Source: Selaginella moellendorffii
Lineage: Eukaryota; Plantae; Lycopodiophyta
Direction: 5' to 3'
Assembly: GCF_000143415.4 (NCBI RefSeq)
Contig: NW_003314263.1
Span: 1,366,165 to 1,430,164, forward strand
Length of the DNA: 64,000 bases
The position numbers and the translations under genes were made by a program. Within the stretch, counting starts at the first letter, position 1, and every line of letters begins with the position of its first letter. This document shows, piece after piece, positions 47,719-60,505 of the stretch. Under the pieces are notes generated by a model, which was not told the origin of the DNA, made no database searches, and saw only the letters and a program-made list of their open reading frames with translations.

Positions 47719-49068
47719 ATGCTGGCTGTGGCGCTGCCGCTAGAATCCACGCTGTTTCTCAACAGCAAGAAGCAGCAGCTCCGAGCAAGCTCCAGCTCCA
47801 CATTCTTCTCCGGCGCTGGCGGGAACCGCAGGAATTTCATCGCGATTCCTTCCACTCATCGCCACGTCCAGAGGCTCCCCGTTGTGACGGCCACAGTGAA
47901 GCGGACCAAAGACTACGTCCTGGACAAGGTAGTGGAGCGAGAAAAAAAGGTGAAAGTGGTGAACAAGGTGAAGAACATCCTGGTAAAGCAGCCTGGGAAG
48001 GTGATGTCCCTGCGAGATCTTGGGCGATACAGGCACTACATTGGCTTGCAAGCCAAGAGGAGGTTCGTGTCACTGCTTCGCAAGTTTCCGGGGGTGTTTA
48101 TCATCTTCGAGGAGGGAGCTGGGTGTATGTACTGTAGGCTTACCGCCAGCGCCGAGGCTCAGTACAAGGAAGAGATGGAACTTAGAAAACAGCTAGAGGA
48201 TTCCGCGGTCTTCAGGCTCCGGAAGTTCTTGATGATGTCCGTGGATAGAAAGATCCTGGTGTCGAAGATCATCCATCTCCGGCACGACTTGGGCTTGTCC
48301 GATGGTTTCCACACGCAGTTCCCGGCCAAGTATCCCGAGTACTTTAAGCTGGTTGAAACCGCCATGGGACCAGCGCTGGAAGTTAACAAGTGGGATCCCG
48401 AGCTGGCCGTGACGTTCGAGCAGAAGAAGCTGGAGGCGACACCGCAGGAAGACTACGAGGAGATCACAGTGAGCGGAAGAGTTCCAAAGTTTCCCAGGCT
48501 GACACTTCCTAGAGGCTACAAGCTTCCCCGGAAGGAGAAGGAGAAGCTCCTCAAGTTCCAGCAGGTGCCTCTCCTATCCCCGTACGACGATTCGAGGGAC
48601 TTGAATCCAGCGTCCAAGCAGGCCGAGAAGCGCGCCGTGGCGCTGGTGCAAGAGCTCCTGCACCTCACTCTCGAGAAGAAGACGCTGGTGGATCACCTCA
48701 CGCACTTCCGGTCCGACTTCAAGTTCTCGCAGAGGCTGCGAGGGATGCTCATCCGGCACCCCGAGATCTTCTACGTCTCCTTCAAGGGCCAGCGCGACTC
48801 GGTGTTCTTGAGGGAAGCGTACAACGAGAACTCCCAGCTCCTGGAGAAGGATCCGCTGGTGCTCGCAAAGGAGAAGCTGGCAGCGCTTGTTAAGATCGAC
48901 AAGAGCGCGATGAAAGTGCTCGACGAGAGCGAGAGCGGCAGCGAAGACGACGATGGCAGCTGGTCCGACGACGAGGATATGTCGCCCGAGACGAGGGAGT
49001 TCCTCGAGGAGCGCCGGAGGAGGAGAGAAGTTATGATCGCCTTGAGACCCAAAGTGGAGCCTTGGTAA
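47719..49068 (+). CDS. WTF1: PORR-domain plastid group II intron splicing factor, WTF1-like
   Basis: Ser-rich transit-like N-terminus. VKR.KD..LD.VV.R.KK.K.V, MSLRDLGRY, RLRKFLMMSVD, HPEIFYVS.KG.RDSVFLREAY, acidic tail. Confidence 0.88.
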   Translation: MLAVALPLESTLFLNSKKQQLRASSSSTFFSGAGGNRRNFIAIPSTHRHVQRLPVVTATVKRTKDYVLDKVVEREKKVKVVNKVKNILVKQPGKVMSLRDLGRYRHYIGLQAKRRFVSLLRKFPGVFIIFEEGAGCMYCRLTASAEAQYKEEMELRKQLEDSAVFRLRKFLMMSVDRKILVSKIIHLRHDLGLSDGFHTQFPAKYPEYFKLVETAMGPALEVNKWDPELAVTFEQKKLEATPQEDYEEITVSGRVPKFPRLTLPRGYKLPRKEKEKLLKFQQVPLLSPYDDSRDLNPASKQAEKRAVALVQELLHLTLEKKTLVDHLTHFRSDFKFSQRLRGMLIRHPEIFYVSFKGQRDSVFLREAYNENSQLLEKDPLVLAKEKLAALVKIDKSAMKVLDESESGSEDDDGSWSDDEDMSPETREFLEERRRRREVMIALRPKVEPW

Positions 49069-49388
49069 GCACTAAAGGTACGTCCATGGTATGCAGTCAA
49101 GCGATCCTATAACCTTTCCAGATTATCCGAGAGTTTTCTTAGAGAATGATAATATAAATTTGTGGTGGCTAACCGCATTCTTCTTCTTATCCTTGTAGTT
49201 GCGGCCCCACTTTTCCAGCCGCCATGAAAGCCGCGAGTTTACTCACGGCCGCAGCCGCCACTTACACGTATGTATTTAATGGACTTTCTTCTCTCTTGAG
49301 CGCCATATAGTTTGCATTCGAGTTCCAGGATCTAAGCAAAGCATCCGGCGAAGAAGAATCGCGTCGCTCACAAGCAAAGTAGCGGACA

Positions 49389-49772
49389 ATGGTTGGGCTT
49401 ATGGGAAAGTTTTGGGATGGTGTGCTTGATCGGCCCCGAGCCAAGCAAGCTGGTGATGGTAAGCTCTCTCTCTCTCTCTCTCTCTCCAGATTGCTAATTG
49501 GTTTTCTTGGTATCGCCAGAGATGGCTGCGAAAGAAAGAAATGTGGAAGTTCCCAAGGAGAATGTTTCCCGGAAGATCATCCTGGTCAGGAAGAACACGC
49601 CAATGAGCTCGTCGCTGTCTCTCCCGTCCTGGCGAGACGTCCTACAGAAGATGGAAGAATCCGCAGCGTCCATGCCTACTTTCGAATCACTGTAAGTTTC
49701 TTTCTTTTCTCTGTCAAACCCATCTCTGATCTCTCGATTCTTTCTGGCAGATTGGAAGTCTGTTCCTGCTGA
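49389..49772 (+). CDS. Dormancy/auxin-associated (DRM1/ARP)-like small protein, 87 aa (exons 49389-49458, 49520-49691, 49751-49772)
   Basis: MVGLMGKFWDGVLDRP, VSRKIILVR and SWRDV resemble DRM1/ARP motifs. Canonical splice sites give 264 nt in frame. Confidence 0.6.
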   Translation: MVGLMGKFWDGVLDRPRAKQAGDGKLSLSLSLSRLLIGFLGIARDGCERKKCGSSQGECFPEDHPGQEEHANELVAVSPVLARRPTEDGRIRSVHAYFRITVSFFLFSVKPISDLSILSGRLEVCSC

Positions 49773-49844
49773 AACGAAGAAATGTAGCAAAGTTTCTTGT
49801 AAAAATCACCCAATACAGAATCTAGTTTACCTTTGTTCCGCGGA

Positions 49845-50200
49845 CCAAGAGTAGCAACCTCCTCGCTCTTCTCGATGGTGTTCAGTCGCCCAGGCCTGGT
49901 AGCGCTCCATCGCCGCCATGGAATTACCCAGCGACGGTCGCGATGAGAATCCCCAGCGCGTGCAATCGAAACACCAGCGGCCCGATCTAGGGCAATTGAG
50001 AAGCAAGCCAATGTGGAAGCCAGGATCGGACGGTGGAGGTGGTGCTGGAAGAATCGAGCAAGAAGCCCTAGAGCAATGGTTCCTGCTGCCAAATCGACAC
50101 GGAAAAGGAACTCATGCAATAAGAAAGGATAGATCTGTCTCCTCCAATCCATGGCACAGCTCCATCTCCTCTCCACTCCAGCAGTGGTGAATCTGCACAC
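49845..50200 (-). pseudogene. Deleted partial copy of the TMEM45-like gene at 55950-56897
   Basis: Shared HIGLLLN.PR, HALGILIATVAG, AMERYQ and KSEEVAT segments, with internal deletions. Confidence 0.75.
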
Positions 50201-50269
50201 TGAGCTCGCGATGCCGCCCATCTGTCAATGGACTGTTGCCGTTTCATACTCCACAAACGAGAGTTATAG

Positions 50270-50700
50270 GAGATAAGTTCGCTCTGGATCCAACCTTTCT
50301 TCATGGTGATGGATAATGTTTCCAATGCTCAAGATGCAGTGGGGAATTTGGAGTGTACCCTGTCAGTGCCATGCATTGAACCTTGTCCTCAAATCATGGG
50401 GCACTCTAGACTTCATCAAAGACTGCATTGAGAAAGGGAAGGCAATTGTTCAGATAGTTAAAACTTCAACACATCTTCTCCACTTATTCAGGCAGAACAG
50501 AGCAAAGGAGCTAATGTAATCTTCAAGGTTCACTTTGAAGTTTTAACTTGTGGTTTGGCTTGTTTGAGAACCTAAGCAACAGCCATAGGACAGTGAGATA
50601 CAACAAAGTTAGCAAGTTCGGGACCTCTTTCATAAGAACAAGTAAAGATTCTGATATTGAGAGCCAATGGTATGAGTTGACAGATGCATACCAACTATGG
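50270..50700 (+). mobile_element. hAT-superfamily transposase remnant
   Basis: IWSVPCQCHALNLVLK..IEKGKAIVQIV..LLHLFR..EL and KFGTSF follow the hAT CxxH.L.L and TRF/W motifs. Interrupted by stops. Confidence 0.7.
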
Positions 50701-53700
50701 ATATGTCTGGCAAGCTTGAAAATACATAGAGGACAAAACAAAATGACACCCTTCTTTGTCAGTAGTGGAAACTTGTGTTGGCTATGCTTGCAAATCGGAA
50801 GGACTGTTACTTGATTTATCTGGCTCCACTTGGTGTCTAAACCCATGATACAGATATGGAAGTAGTCAATCAGATATAAGCTCCTATAGATGGCAACTCA
50901 ACAGTTTTGTCCAAATGAAGAAAATTTCAAGTGGTTTGCAGCCAAATACTTGATGTATGACCTGATGTAAAGCCCTTTTGAAGTTACAGGCACTGGACTG
51001 GCTGCTAGTCTATTTTGAGACTCAATAGAAGAAGTAATTGATCAAGTTAGACACTTGATTAGTATGTAACATTTTGGTGCTCCTCCCAATTCCACTGCAG
51101 AGTCAATTTGCCTCTCAAAACCGAACAAGTTAATTGATTGAATTTTTTATTCTTACATGCTTTGCTTCTCCTTCACTCTTTCAAACTAAGGCATCTTTGC
51201 TTTTGATGCATCTGAAGGACCATATGGCCAAATTTTATATATTCCAATCCCTACACAATTTTGTGCGAGATTTTGCATATTGAGTTGCCCTCCTACCTTT
51301 AGAAAAAATTTTGAGCTAAAAGAATTTAGATTCAAAACTATATAAGTTTGTGTTTCCAAAGAAGGATAAAAAATTTCATCTCTACTAATGTATCTTATTT
51401 TTCTCCTTTAAGCTAATTGGAAAAAGGGTAATTATTTAATGAGAGAGCCTTTAATGGCTATTTTATTCCTATTTAGTTCTAAAAATCCACAATGACAATA
51501 TATCTAAATCTTATTTCATAATCACATATGTTACAATTATATTCATTATCTTTTAGCCCTTGAAAAGAGATTGTGGCCAAGGAGTGAGTTGTATGGTAGC
51601 ATGCTCAAATTTCTTTTAGATCTTCTTTATAAAATATATATAAACTTCATCTCAAAAGTTTTTTTATAAAGTAGCTTTGGTCAGAAGCTAAGTTTTGAGC
51701 TCACAAGCTAAGGTCACAACTTCTTAAACATAGAAAAAAGATTGGTTCATCCTGAATTAAGATTTTTTTCATTCTGATTTAATCTATATTTTCAAATAAA
51801 TTTGACTAATAAAATATAAATATAAATATAGATCCAAACACAAAAAACAATCTAAAAACACTTCTAAAGCTCCACAATAGAAGAGAAGATCAAATTAGTA
51901 AAAGAGTTGAAGTGCATAGTCACAAGGATAAATTACATCAATGTTATGGTTAAGGAGTTCATTATTGTGATTGAGTTGTCAAAAAGTGTTAGTTATATTG
52001 TCCAAATTTGCAAAAATCCATCTTATACCTATCCAGATTTCATATAGAGGGAGAATAGAAGAAAAACTTATAAGCATATCTATTATATTTTTATATAAGA
52101 ATTGAACCAAAATTCTAAGATTGACCATCATATTCAATAGGCAATCCTTATAGCATCCTTTGAAATGGAAAACTTATATTATATAACCTTCTCATTTCTA
52201 GTTGGTCATATATATCAGTCTAATGTTGATATCAGTGGTATAAGAATATTAACAACAACATTTGAGAAAGCATTCAATTTGAAACCTACTTTCTCTAGAC
52301 TTTCAATTTCCTCTTTCAAAAGATTATAACTTCACTTAACTAACCACTCCTTTAGCATGGAATTTATCTTCAAAATAATTGAGATGAGAACATCTATCCC
52401 ACAATAGTAAATCCAATTTGATTAGTGGCCCTTTACCCTTAAATCTTGATAGCCCTAGAAGCATGGCATTGCTGAAAAACTCAAGCTTAAGCACATAAAT
52501 ATGAAATATTGACTTCGACTCCCAATCATTCTAGAGTAATATATATTGCTCTTGGCACTAATTCTTTAAATTGCCCAATTGATATGAAAAATTGCCTTAT
52601 GAGTGATAATCATTTCAATCTTTAATATTAGATCTACTTATGTAATAAATGGCACCTCCTCCACTCCATGTTTCTCAATTCTACTCTAATGTCATAGAAT
52701 AAAATGATAGGTAAAATCTGGACAATAAGAGCTAGAAGGAGTGATGTCAAGCCTATTAAATGTCTTTCATATAGGTTATCCTTATGTCCCCAAGTGGTTT
52801 ATAATTTGATTCTATAGTGTGAGTAATAAAAAAGAATGACTCAAAAGATGATCCGTTAAAGTTCAAATATATAAAAGAAAAGGTTTATAAACAAAAATGC
52901 ACCCCTTTCTCCAATTGATTAAGGATTTTGGGATATTAAGGGTTAAATATACTAAACTAAATGATTTTCTAAGAAGTCCAAATTTAGGAGTTTATACTTA
53001 ATTCTTTTTTGCTTTATCTTACACTAGATAAAAACCCTTGCAATATTGAGTTTAGTCCCTCAATAGTTTTTAAATGATAACTTATCATGTCCACCAAGAC
53101 ACTCTTGTTATTATGTCTTATGTTTGGTTTTATTAACTATTTATGGAAAGCATTTAAATATTTTAATTAAGCATATCTACAGAATATAAATATTGTCTTG
53201 AACAAAATAGTTTATAAGGGGTTCTAGATGTATAGTAAGGATAATGAAAGTTTAACTCCCTACTAGATGTATTTGTTATTGTTTTACATATAATTTAAGC
53301 CCAAGTTCCATACCATACTAATTAGTGGAGTATTAATATCCTTATGTTATACCATCATTTTATTTGGCTTTATTTAACTCTGTTTTATTTGACATTGGGA
53401 TATTAAATGCCCTAAGTTTATTTCTATATTACTTATGCTCTTATTCCTTCACTTTTTGGTTACATGTTTAAGTGTTTATCTTTATTCCTTCATTCAGTGG
53501 CCTAATGTTTTGAAACTCAAATCCCATTCCATTATCTTTAACACACGTGTCCGAGGATTAAATTTTGCTCCATAAAAGGTATAGAGTAAAAACCGTATGT
53601 ATTAGAAGCACAAACCATTCTTGAGCTCAATTTTTAATTGTAATAAAATACAAACATTATAAATTTCAAAAAATTAAAGTTTACAATGAATCTAATATTT

Positions 53701-53770
53701 TCAGAACTCTGAATAAAATTTTCATATTGCATGTATTCTTGATGGATGATAGTCAGTTTTCCAATGTCAA

Positions 53771-54015
53771 CTATAAAGAATCCATTCGTGTGAGTTTTTT
53801 TGTGGGATCCTTGTGTTACAAAATTGAAGAGAAATATTGAGGTTACAAAATTGATTCAAACATGGCTAAGTAGGAAGCCCACTCCATCGCACCTCCAACT
53901 TTGCAGCTATAAAGAATCCATTCCTGAGAGTTTTTTATGGGGTCCTTGTGTTTGAGGTTACAAAATTGGACAGAAACGATTCAAACGAAGCTGACTAGGA
54001 AGCCCGCTCCACTTG
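53771..54015 (+). repeat. Imperfect tandem duplication (~135 bp unit) starting at a TATA-like CTATAAAG, upstream of the UGT
   Basis: CTATAAAGAATCCATTC..GAGTTTTT..GGTTACAAAATTG..TAGGAAGCCC.CTCCA occurs twice (from 53771 and 53907). Confidence 0.7.
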
Positions 54016-54060
54016 GCATGGTGGTGGTCTGCTCTCAGCTGCCTTCCAGACGCAGCAGAA

Positions 54061-55496
54061 ATGAAGAACATTCTCATTCTTCCATTCCTGCTCGCCGGCC
54101 ATATCACTCCCATGCTAAACCTCTGCTGCAAGCTCGCACGGATCACGCTCCGCATCAACCAAGACGCGGTCGAGACAGTGGTCAAGATCTGGCCGGGGGA
54201 GATCTCAGCGCCGAGGTAGCCTTCACTGTGGAATCGATTCCTTTCTCCTGGCCTCCGATCCAGCGGTTAGGCCGTGACACCGCAAAGCTTGCCGACCAGA
54301 CCTCTCGAGTCGAGCAGCACTCCAATTTCGTTTCTTCTGTCGGATTTTGGATTTGGCCAGGATCTCGCAAACAAGCTGGGAGTTCCCAGAGTGGTTCTCT
54401 TCATCACCGTGTTCCTGGAGTGTGGGATCATTCTCCAAATGCCACGGCTCATCTCCCAGAAGATATACAGTCCTTTCACTAGTAAGTTTCTTCTTCCCTG
54501 CTCGATCTGGTGAGTTGAACAGAAACCAACGACAATGATCTCGATGTCAAGTTGATCCAGCTGCCTGGGTACCCAGCTTTCAAGACACTCCATTCAATCT
54601 TTGGTTTTTTGCGGAGAAAGAGAGAAAGAACCGTCATAGAAATCTCACAGATCGGAAATCCCCCGGTTCCCGCAGTTTCCAGACGCTCTCCAGTGCTAGT
54701 GGGACGCGCTCCTGCGATGCATGTCGCGAGCCAAAGAGGCCAAGCTCATCCTCGTCAACTCGTGCCACGAGCTCGAAGAAGAGGCCTACGGTACCGCGCT
54801 CGAAATCCACAAGCTCCCAATCCATCTCGCGGGACCACCGGTCGCTTTGTCTCCACTGCAGTGGCAGGACTCCGGCGCTACGTCCGAGTGCTTGGAGTGG
54901 CTGGACAGGATCAAGTTACCCCAATCTGTCCTCTTTGCGTCCTTCGGCTCCCTCCTGCCTGCAGCTCCCATCGTCCGAGCTCGAAGAGATCCTTCTCGGG
55001 ATCGAGGCGAGCGGCAAGAGCTTCCTGCTAGCGTTCCGTACCGATGTTGTTCCGGGCGATCCTTCTCCTTTTCTGCCCGCGTTCCTGGATCGCTACAAGA
55101 GCCCAAAGTCAGATCTTGGGAATCGTGAGATGAAAGGAATGATCGTACCTTGGGCTGCTCAGAGAAAAGTCTTACTTCACTCGTCAGTTGGCGGGTGTTT
55201 CACTCACTCTGGCTGGAACTCCGCCTTGGAAAGCATCTCAGCTGCAGTTCCAATGATCGGGAAACCAATCATGGGAGACCAACTTGGAATCCGGCGGTTT
55301 GCAGTGGATCGCTGGAAGATCGCCTTTGGACATTCCAGAGGACAAGGATAAGAAGTTGCTCAGGGAGGCCGTCGAAGGAGCGGTGCGCGAGCTGTTTGGC
55401 AACGAAGAGCTATACGCTAACGCTGCTCGACTCAGCAAATCAGTGAAGAAGGCCCAGGAAAGTGGAACTTCATACAAATGCTTGGCTAGAAAGTAG
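54061..55496 (+). pseudogene. UDP-glycosyltransferase (GT1) with frameshifts and a stop
   Basis: ILPFLLAGHITPML, LVNSCHELE, CLEWLD...SVLFASFGS, PSPG box WAAQRKVLLHSSVGGCFTHSGWNSALES...DQ. Split over several frames with no intron signals. Confidence 0.85.
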
Positions 55497-55949
55497 CCCT
55501 AAAAACATTTCTCGTTTTTAAAATCAACGGTCACGACTTCTGCTCTTTTTACCGCTAAATTAAAACCAGAAAAATTAATCATTTTCAATAAGAGTGATAT
55601 AAATGGGCTTAGATTGTTCTTCGTGTCTCCCGTGTTCTAACAAGATCTCCTGCTGATGGTTTTCCTCAGGTTTGGGGGGCGCTGCGTAGTCCATCGCGCT
55701 CTCTCGGTCACCCTACACGTACGTTTGCATGACGTCTGTAGCAAAGGGGCATGCCCAAACAGGTGGCCACGAAGGATGAGAAGATTCTTTTTTTCGTTTT
55801 GCATCAGGGCGTTCTGCATCAGGGCATCAGGGCATCAGTATATGTAAAGGATCGATAGCCAACATTATCATCGCCACCTCCACTAGCTTCAGTACTGAGA
55901 ATGAACAAATTCTCCTCCCTCAAGCGATTCTAGCGCCTAGTTCTCTCGC

Positions 55950-56897
55950 TCATGGAGTAGCCATACCTTTGTAGCTCCTCCTCCGCGACAAGCTCCGCGG
56001 AGCAGGAGTAGCAACCTCCTCGCTCTTGATCTCCAGCTCCTCGATGGTGTGTAACACCCCAGGCCGCGACCCAATGCGCTGGTAGCGCTCCATCGCCACG
56101 CCTCCGCCATGGAAACCCACAAGAAACGCATACCCAGCGATGGTCGCCACGAGAATCCCCAGCGCGTGCCATCCGAACACCAGCACCTGGATCGATTTGG
56201 CCCGCAGGAGGTCGGCGCTCGCGCACACCGGGAATCCCCCGCCCGGGTGCGCGCCACAGCCGAGCGGCAGGAATCTAGGGTAATTGAGGAGCAAGCCAAT
56301 GTGGAAGAACCACGAGCCCTTGAGCGCCAGGAGCATGCATCGGACGGTGGAGGCGAGGAAGCTGTACGGATGCGCGATCTCCAGCGCCATGGCCAAAACC
56401 AGCCCCGCCAGTACGACTTGCATGAGCATGTGGACAAAGCTCTCCAGTGTGTCGCCCGGGTGATGGCCCAAGTGGAAGACGAAGAGCTCCATCAGGAACC
56501 CTAGCGCGAAGATGCCATGGAGCGCGCCATCGGGCAGGGGGAGGCGGCCGGAGATCTCGCTCGCCAGGCCGGTGATCGTGTAGGCCAGGAAGAACATCCC
56601 AAATGTGATGTGCTGGAGGCGCTGGAGGTGCGCGGATGGGATGTGGCCGCGGCGGAGGTCGCCGGTGATGTGGGAGATTTGCGTGGCGAGGAAGATGAGC
56701 ACGGCGAGGAGGAGGATCCAGAGCTCCAGGCATCGCAGCGCGGCTGGGAGCGATGGGATTGGGAGGGGGAACCACGTCCGGCGCTTGAAGGCATTGGGGG
56801 ATTTGGCGAAGCTTACCAGCGTGTTAGAGAGATGCCACAGGCCCAGCGAGCCAAACAGGAGGCCCTGATCGATGTGCGAGGGCAATCCAATCCCCAT
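55950..56897 (-). CDS. TMEM45/DUF716 family multi-pass membrane protein, intronless
   Basis: SHIDQGLLFGSLGLWHL, LQHITFGMFF, ELFVFHLGHH, ES.VH.L, LKGSWFFHIG; His-containing transmembrane helices typical of the family. Confidence 0.82.
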   Translation of the reverse strand: MGIGLPSHIDQGLLFGSLGLWHLSNTLVSFAKSPNAFKRRTWFPLPIPSLPAALRCLELWILLLAVLIFLATQISHITGDLRRGHIPSAHLQRLQHITFGMFFLAYTITGLASEISGRLPLPDGALHGIFALGFLMELFVFHLGHHPGDTLESFVHMLMQVVLAGLVLAMALEIAHPYSFLASTVRCMLLALKGSWFFHIGLLLNYPRFLPLGCGAHPGGGFPVCASADLLRAKSIQVLVFGWHALGILVATIAGYAFLVGFHGGGVAMERYQRIGSRPGVLHTIEELEIKSEEVATPAPRSLSRRRSYKGMATP

Positions 56898-57599
56898 TTG
56901 GTCGAAAGAACTCGTCAAGGTTTCAAGTGAAAATGTGTTGTTTTATTGCCAATCTTTAGTTTTCCTTAATATAGAATTATCAAAAATTTACTACACATTT
57001 TAATTGGATTGTCAACACTTTTCAGCTGAGTCATAATCTGTGGCATATGTGGACAGATCAAAAGATCTATGACAAATTCTAGTTACGTTTTCTTTTGTTT
57101 TTTAGCATGATCTAGATCCATCAAAGCTTTATGTTTGTGATTGGATCAAAGCATGGATGCTAGATCTAGATGTTTTTATTGGTATTCAAGTCTGAATCCT
57201 GTAATATGTAATTAAACTCTTTTATGAGTTGCGTCATGCCTATTCAGACATGACCACAAACCAAAGGCCATTTTCCTATACATATCCATATATGCAGTTG
57301 CATGAAGGATTGCAAGACTCATTTTGTGGATTACACTCGCACAACTCATCCACCTCAAGTTCTTCCAATCCAAGTCCCTCTAGTTCAATTTCCTCTGAGC
57401 CAACCTCCCCTAATGGTTGCTCCTATCCATTTTCTCCACCATCTGAAGGAAATTCTTCAATTTTGGTCATCCAGGTCATTTTGAAGCCAACTTTCCAGCA
57501 CAAGGTGGCAAAAGTGGAAGTATGTTATTTATCAACATCTTTTTCAGTATGTTGAGTAGGTTGAGTGGGCATGTTAACAGAGCTTAACCTGCCTCCAGT

Positions 57600-58200
57600 C
57601 CAAGATCCTTCAAGTCAGCATCGCTCAACCAACTCAGATTGTCTCAGTGAATTGAGTGAAAGCTTTAAAGATGGAGGATAAGTTGCCTCCAGCACAAGAC
57701 AAAGCTTTTACAGATCGAGAGTTTGTTCAACAGTAGCAGCAGATGCAAGACAAGATCCTCAAGGAGGTGAAGGCCTTACACTTCAGAGATGCTGAGCCAT
57801 CCCCATTTTGCACTCATTGTAAAGTCCACAGACATAGAAGTGAGAGATGTTGGATTCTCATCCTAAGTAGTGGCCAGCTCATCCACAACAGCAAGCAGCC
57901 TCTAGATAACAATGCTATGGTTAAGACTCAAGATAGCTACCAGCAACTTCTACAGCAAAAGAGTCTCGAGGTAAGTCCATCTTCTAGCAAAGGCAAAGGT
58001 CCAACTTCATATATTAACACTATGTACACCATTCCAAAATATTTTGAGGCTGGAACCAAAAGTCCAAAATCACTAACTTTTACCCCTAGTACCTCATCTT
58101 ATCCACTTCAATAGCCCAAGAGTTTGGTGATAGTCCAGTGGAGCTTCTATTGTTGGATAAGACCTCCTTTGCCTTTGATCAAGAAATATTTTGAAATGGA
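57600..58200 (+). mobile_element. LTR-retrotransposon gag-like remnant with a CCHC zinc knuckle
   Basis: CTHCKVHRHRSERC fits CX2CX4HX4C; surrounding sequence is degenerate. Confidence 0.5.
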
Positions 58201-58699
58201 TGACTAGCAAGATGGATAAATGCCTAACATAGCTTCTAAACCAACTTTTTCATAGAGACAAAAACAAAGCTTGAGGAGCCTTTAGATGAAGTCCAAGCTT
58301 AGCACCATTATTCAAGGATGCCACTACTCCTTTCTATACAGCCTTCTTTGATAGAGCTTGGTGTCCGTGCTTTTAGCAAGCTGGGATTGGTGTTTGGGTT
58401 CTCGATCCTTAGGAGAAAAATGTTACTCGTCTTGCAAAGACATCATGATAACTAAGAAGAAGAGAGAGCAACCTGTCCGAAAGGGAACTACTAATATAGA
58501 TTGAATCAATGCTACTGCAGAGAAAAACTTGGAAATCAGGCTCATGATAATGGGTTGGAGGATCCACCATAACTTCCATATCCTCCATAGTCATTGCAGA
58601 AATCTGAGCTTGTGCCTTCCTCATTGAAGTGATTGCTTCATAAGATAAGTTATCTGCCCAAAAATTCTCTTCCTGGGAGACACTAATAAATTTGACCTG

Positions 58700-59040
58700 A
58701 TCAAAGTGCCAACAAAGCTCAATAACCTGCTGCTAGAGATCATGTATATGTTGCTTATGAACCTCCCAGAATGTTGGCAAACAACGAGCTGTGAATTCCT
58801 GACACACTTTACATGGTAGAATCCTTGGTATTTCGCAAGCTGAAGGCTGATATGATGGCCAAGTATTCTGAATCATTAGCCGGGCAAGGCAAGCTTTGGA
58901 TCTACTCATGGCATGGGATTACTCACAGCTTCCAGGCATCCCCATGGATGTCATCCACCACGAAATAAAAGTTGGTAGTGTGAGCTAAACCATTCTGTCA
59001 TAGAATGTGTCGATGCCTTCTGCTGAGTCAAAGGTGCGTT
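58700..59040 (-). mobile_element. Possible hAT C-terminal dimerisation-domain remnant
   Basis: Frameshifted SWW...G.P, RILG..., PSACE fragments reminiscent of WW..RIL..SSS.CER. Confidence 0.3.
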
Positions 59041-60505
59041 TCAAAACAACATATAGATGAATATGCACATTTTTTTTAATACAAATAGAAATAATTCTGA
59101 AATCTATAGAACATGCAAAAAGGTTAGCTATACCAAAATAGAATTTTTTTAGCAACTAATGACATTATAAGCTTATCTAGGTATTATCTGTATAATAATA
59201 ATAGTAGTAGTAATAATACATATTTTTGGGGTCTTTTGCACGTGGTAACCATCACAATCCACATACAAGGTCGAAGACACTCCAGCACTGGATGGCCCAA
59301 GACCACAGGAAAGCTCTAAATGATGAATTTGAGAGGATCTACATAATATAGTTTATTTATATAATGACAATTTAAACAATACAAAGGTAATAATATTTGG
59401 ATATTCTATAATAAAGTATAAAGAAAATAATATTTTTAATTTTCTATAAAATTAAAATATTTAAAGTGAAGGTTTGCTTAGATATTATAATTTATATCAG
59501 TGAAGTCTTAGCTGTATAAATAACAAGAGATAATCCTAGAAATCTTTCACCACAAGTAAGAGATTTAGTTATAGAATCAATAGAATCTGCAATTAATATA
59601 ATTAGTACTAAGACCCTATGCTGCAATTACAATTACATATATTAATAATGGATTTATAATTTTCTTAACTTCTTTAAATCGTCCACTTCTAGAACGTTAT
59701 CAATTACTTTGTAATACAGTTCCTGATTACTCTGTTCCAGATATGGGAACGGCATTAAGACCATCATCTACATCAATTCAAAAAGGTTTATCAAAATGAT
59801 ATTGAGATACTATCTTTCGGAATTTTAAAGTATATTTTAGGAAGATTTAGTATTTTTTATGCAGTTGAAGAGAATGAAAATAGCAATGTCTTTTATATTG
59901 AAGAGCCAGTAAACTCATTTGGAGATATACATGTATTAGAAGCCTTATGAATTTTCAGTTTTAGCATTTATACTACTTTAGCATTTATATCCACCCATCA
60001 AAATTATTCTTTACATATGCAATTAAATTGTAATCTTGTATTTTATAAAATAAATACCATGATTTAGGATAAAAAAAAGTTCTAAAATAACAAATTATTT
60101 CTTAAGAATGCAAGTGGATGGCAATCTAGTGGTTTATGATAAATTCTATAACATCTTATGGTCATACAATATTTACAATAAAGGCCTTTAGAATCCAACC
60201 TCATTATGTGTGGAAGATATTGGGCAACTTTTTTTTATAATATAGAAAAAAGAATATTTGGAGCGTTCCGTAAATTCTATTAAAAAAGAGGAAAAGTATT
60301 ACCAAATACTTTGTTACTTACAATATAACAAGCTTTGGAAGAGTATTTGGAGCGTTGGAAGATGAATATATCTAGGAATATACCTGAAAGCATATCCATA
60401 CTAACCCCTAGCATTTTATAGATAGTGTGATAAATAAAACGTCTTTTTCTTGAAGAAATACATACAATACTTACACTACCAAAATTTTGGCAATAAAAAC
60501 ACCAG

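Noticed and set aside
51000-53500. Possible decayed reverse-transcriptase element in the AT-rich stretch
   Set aside because: No convincing RT, RNase H or integrase motif was recognisable.
17298-55496. Biosynthetic gene cluster (2OG-dioxygenase, UGT, SBP)
   Set aside because: All are pseudogenes, far apart, with no scaffold-forming enzyme.
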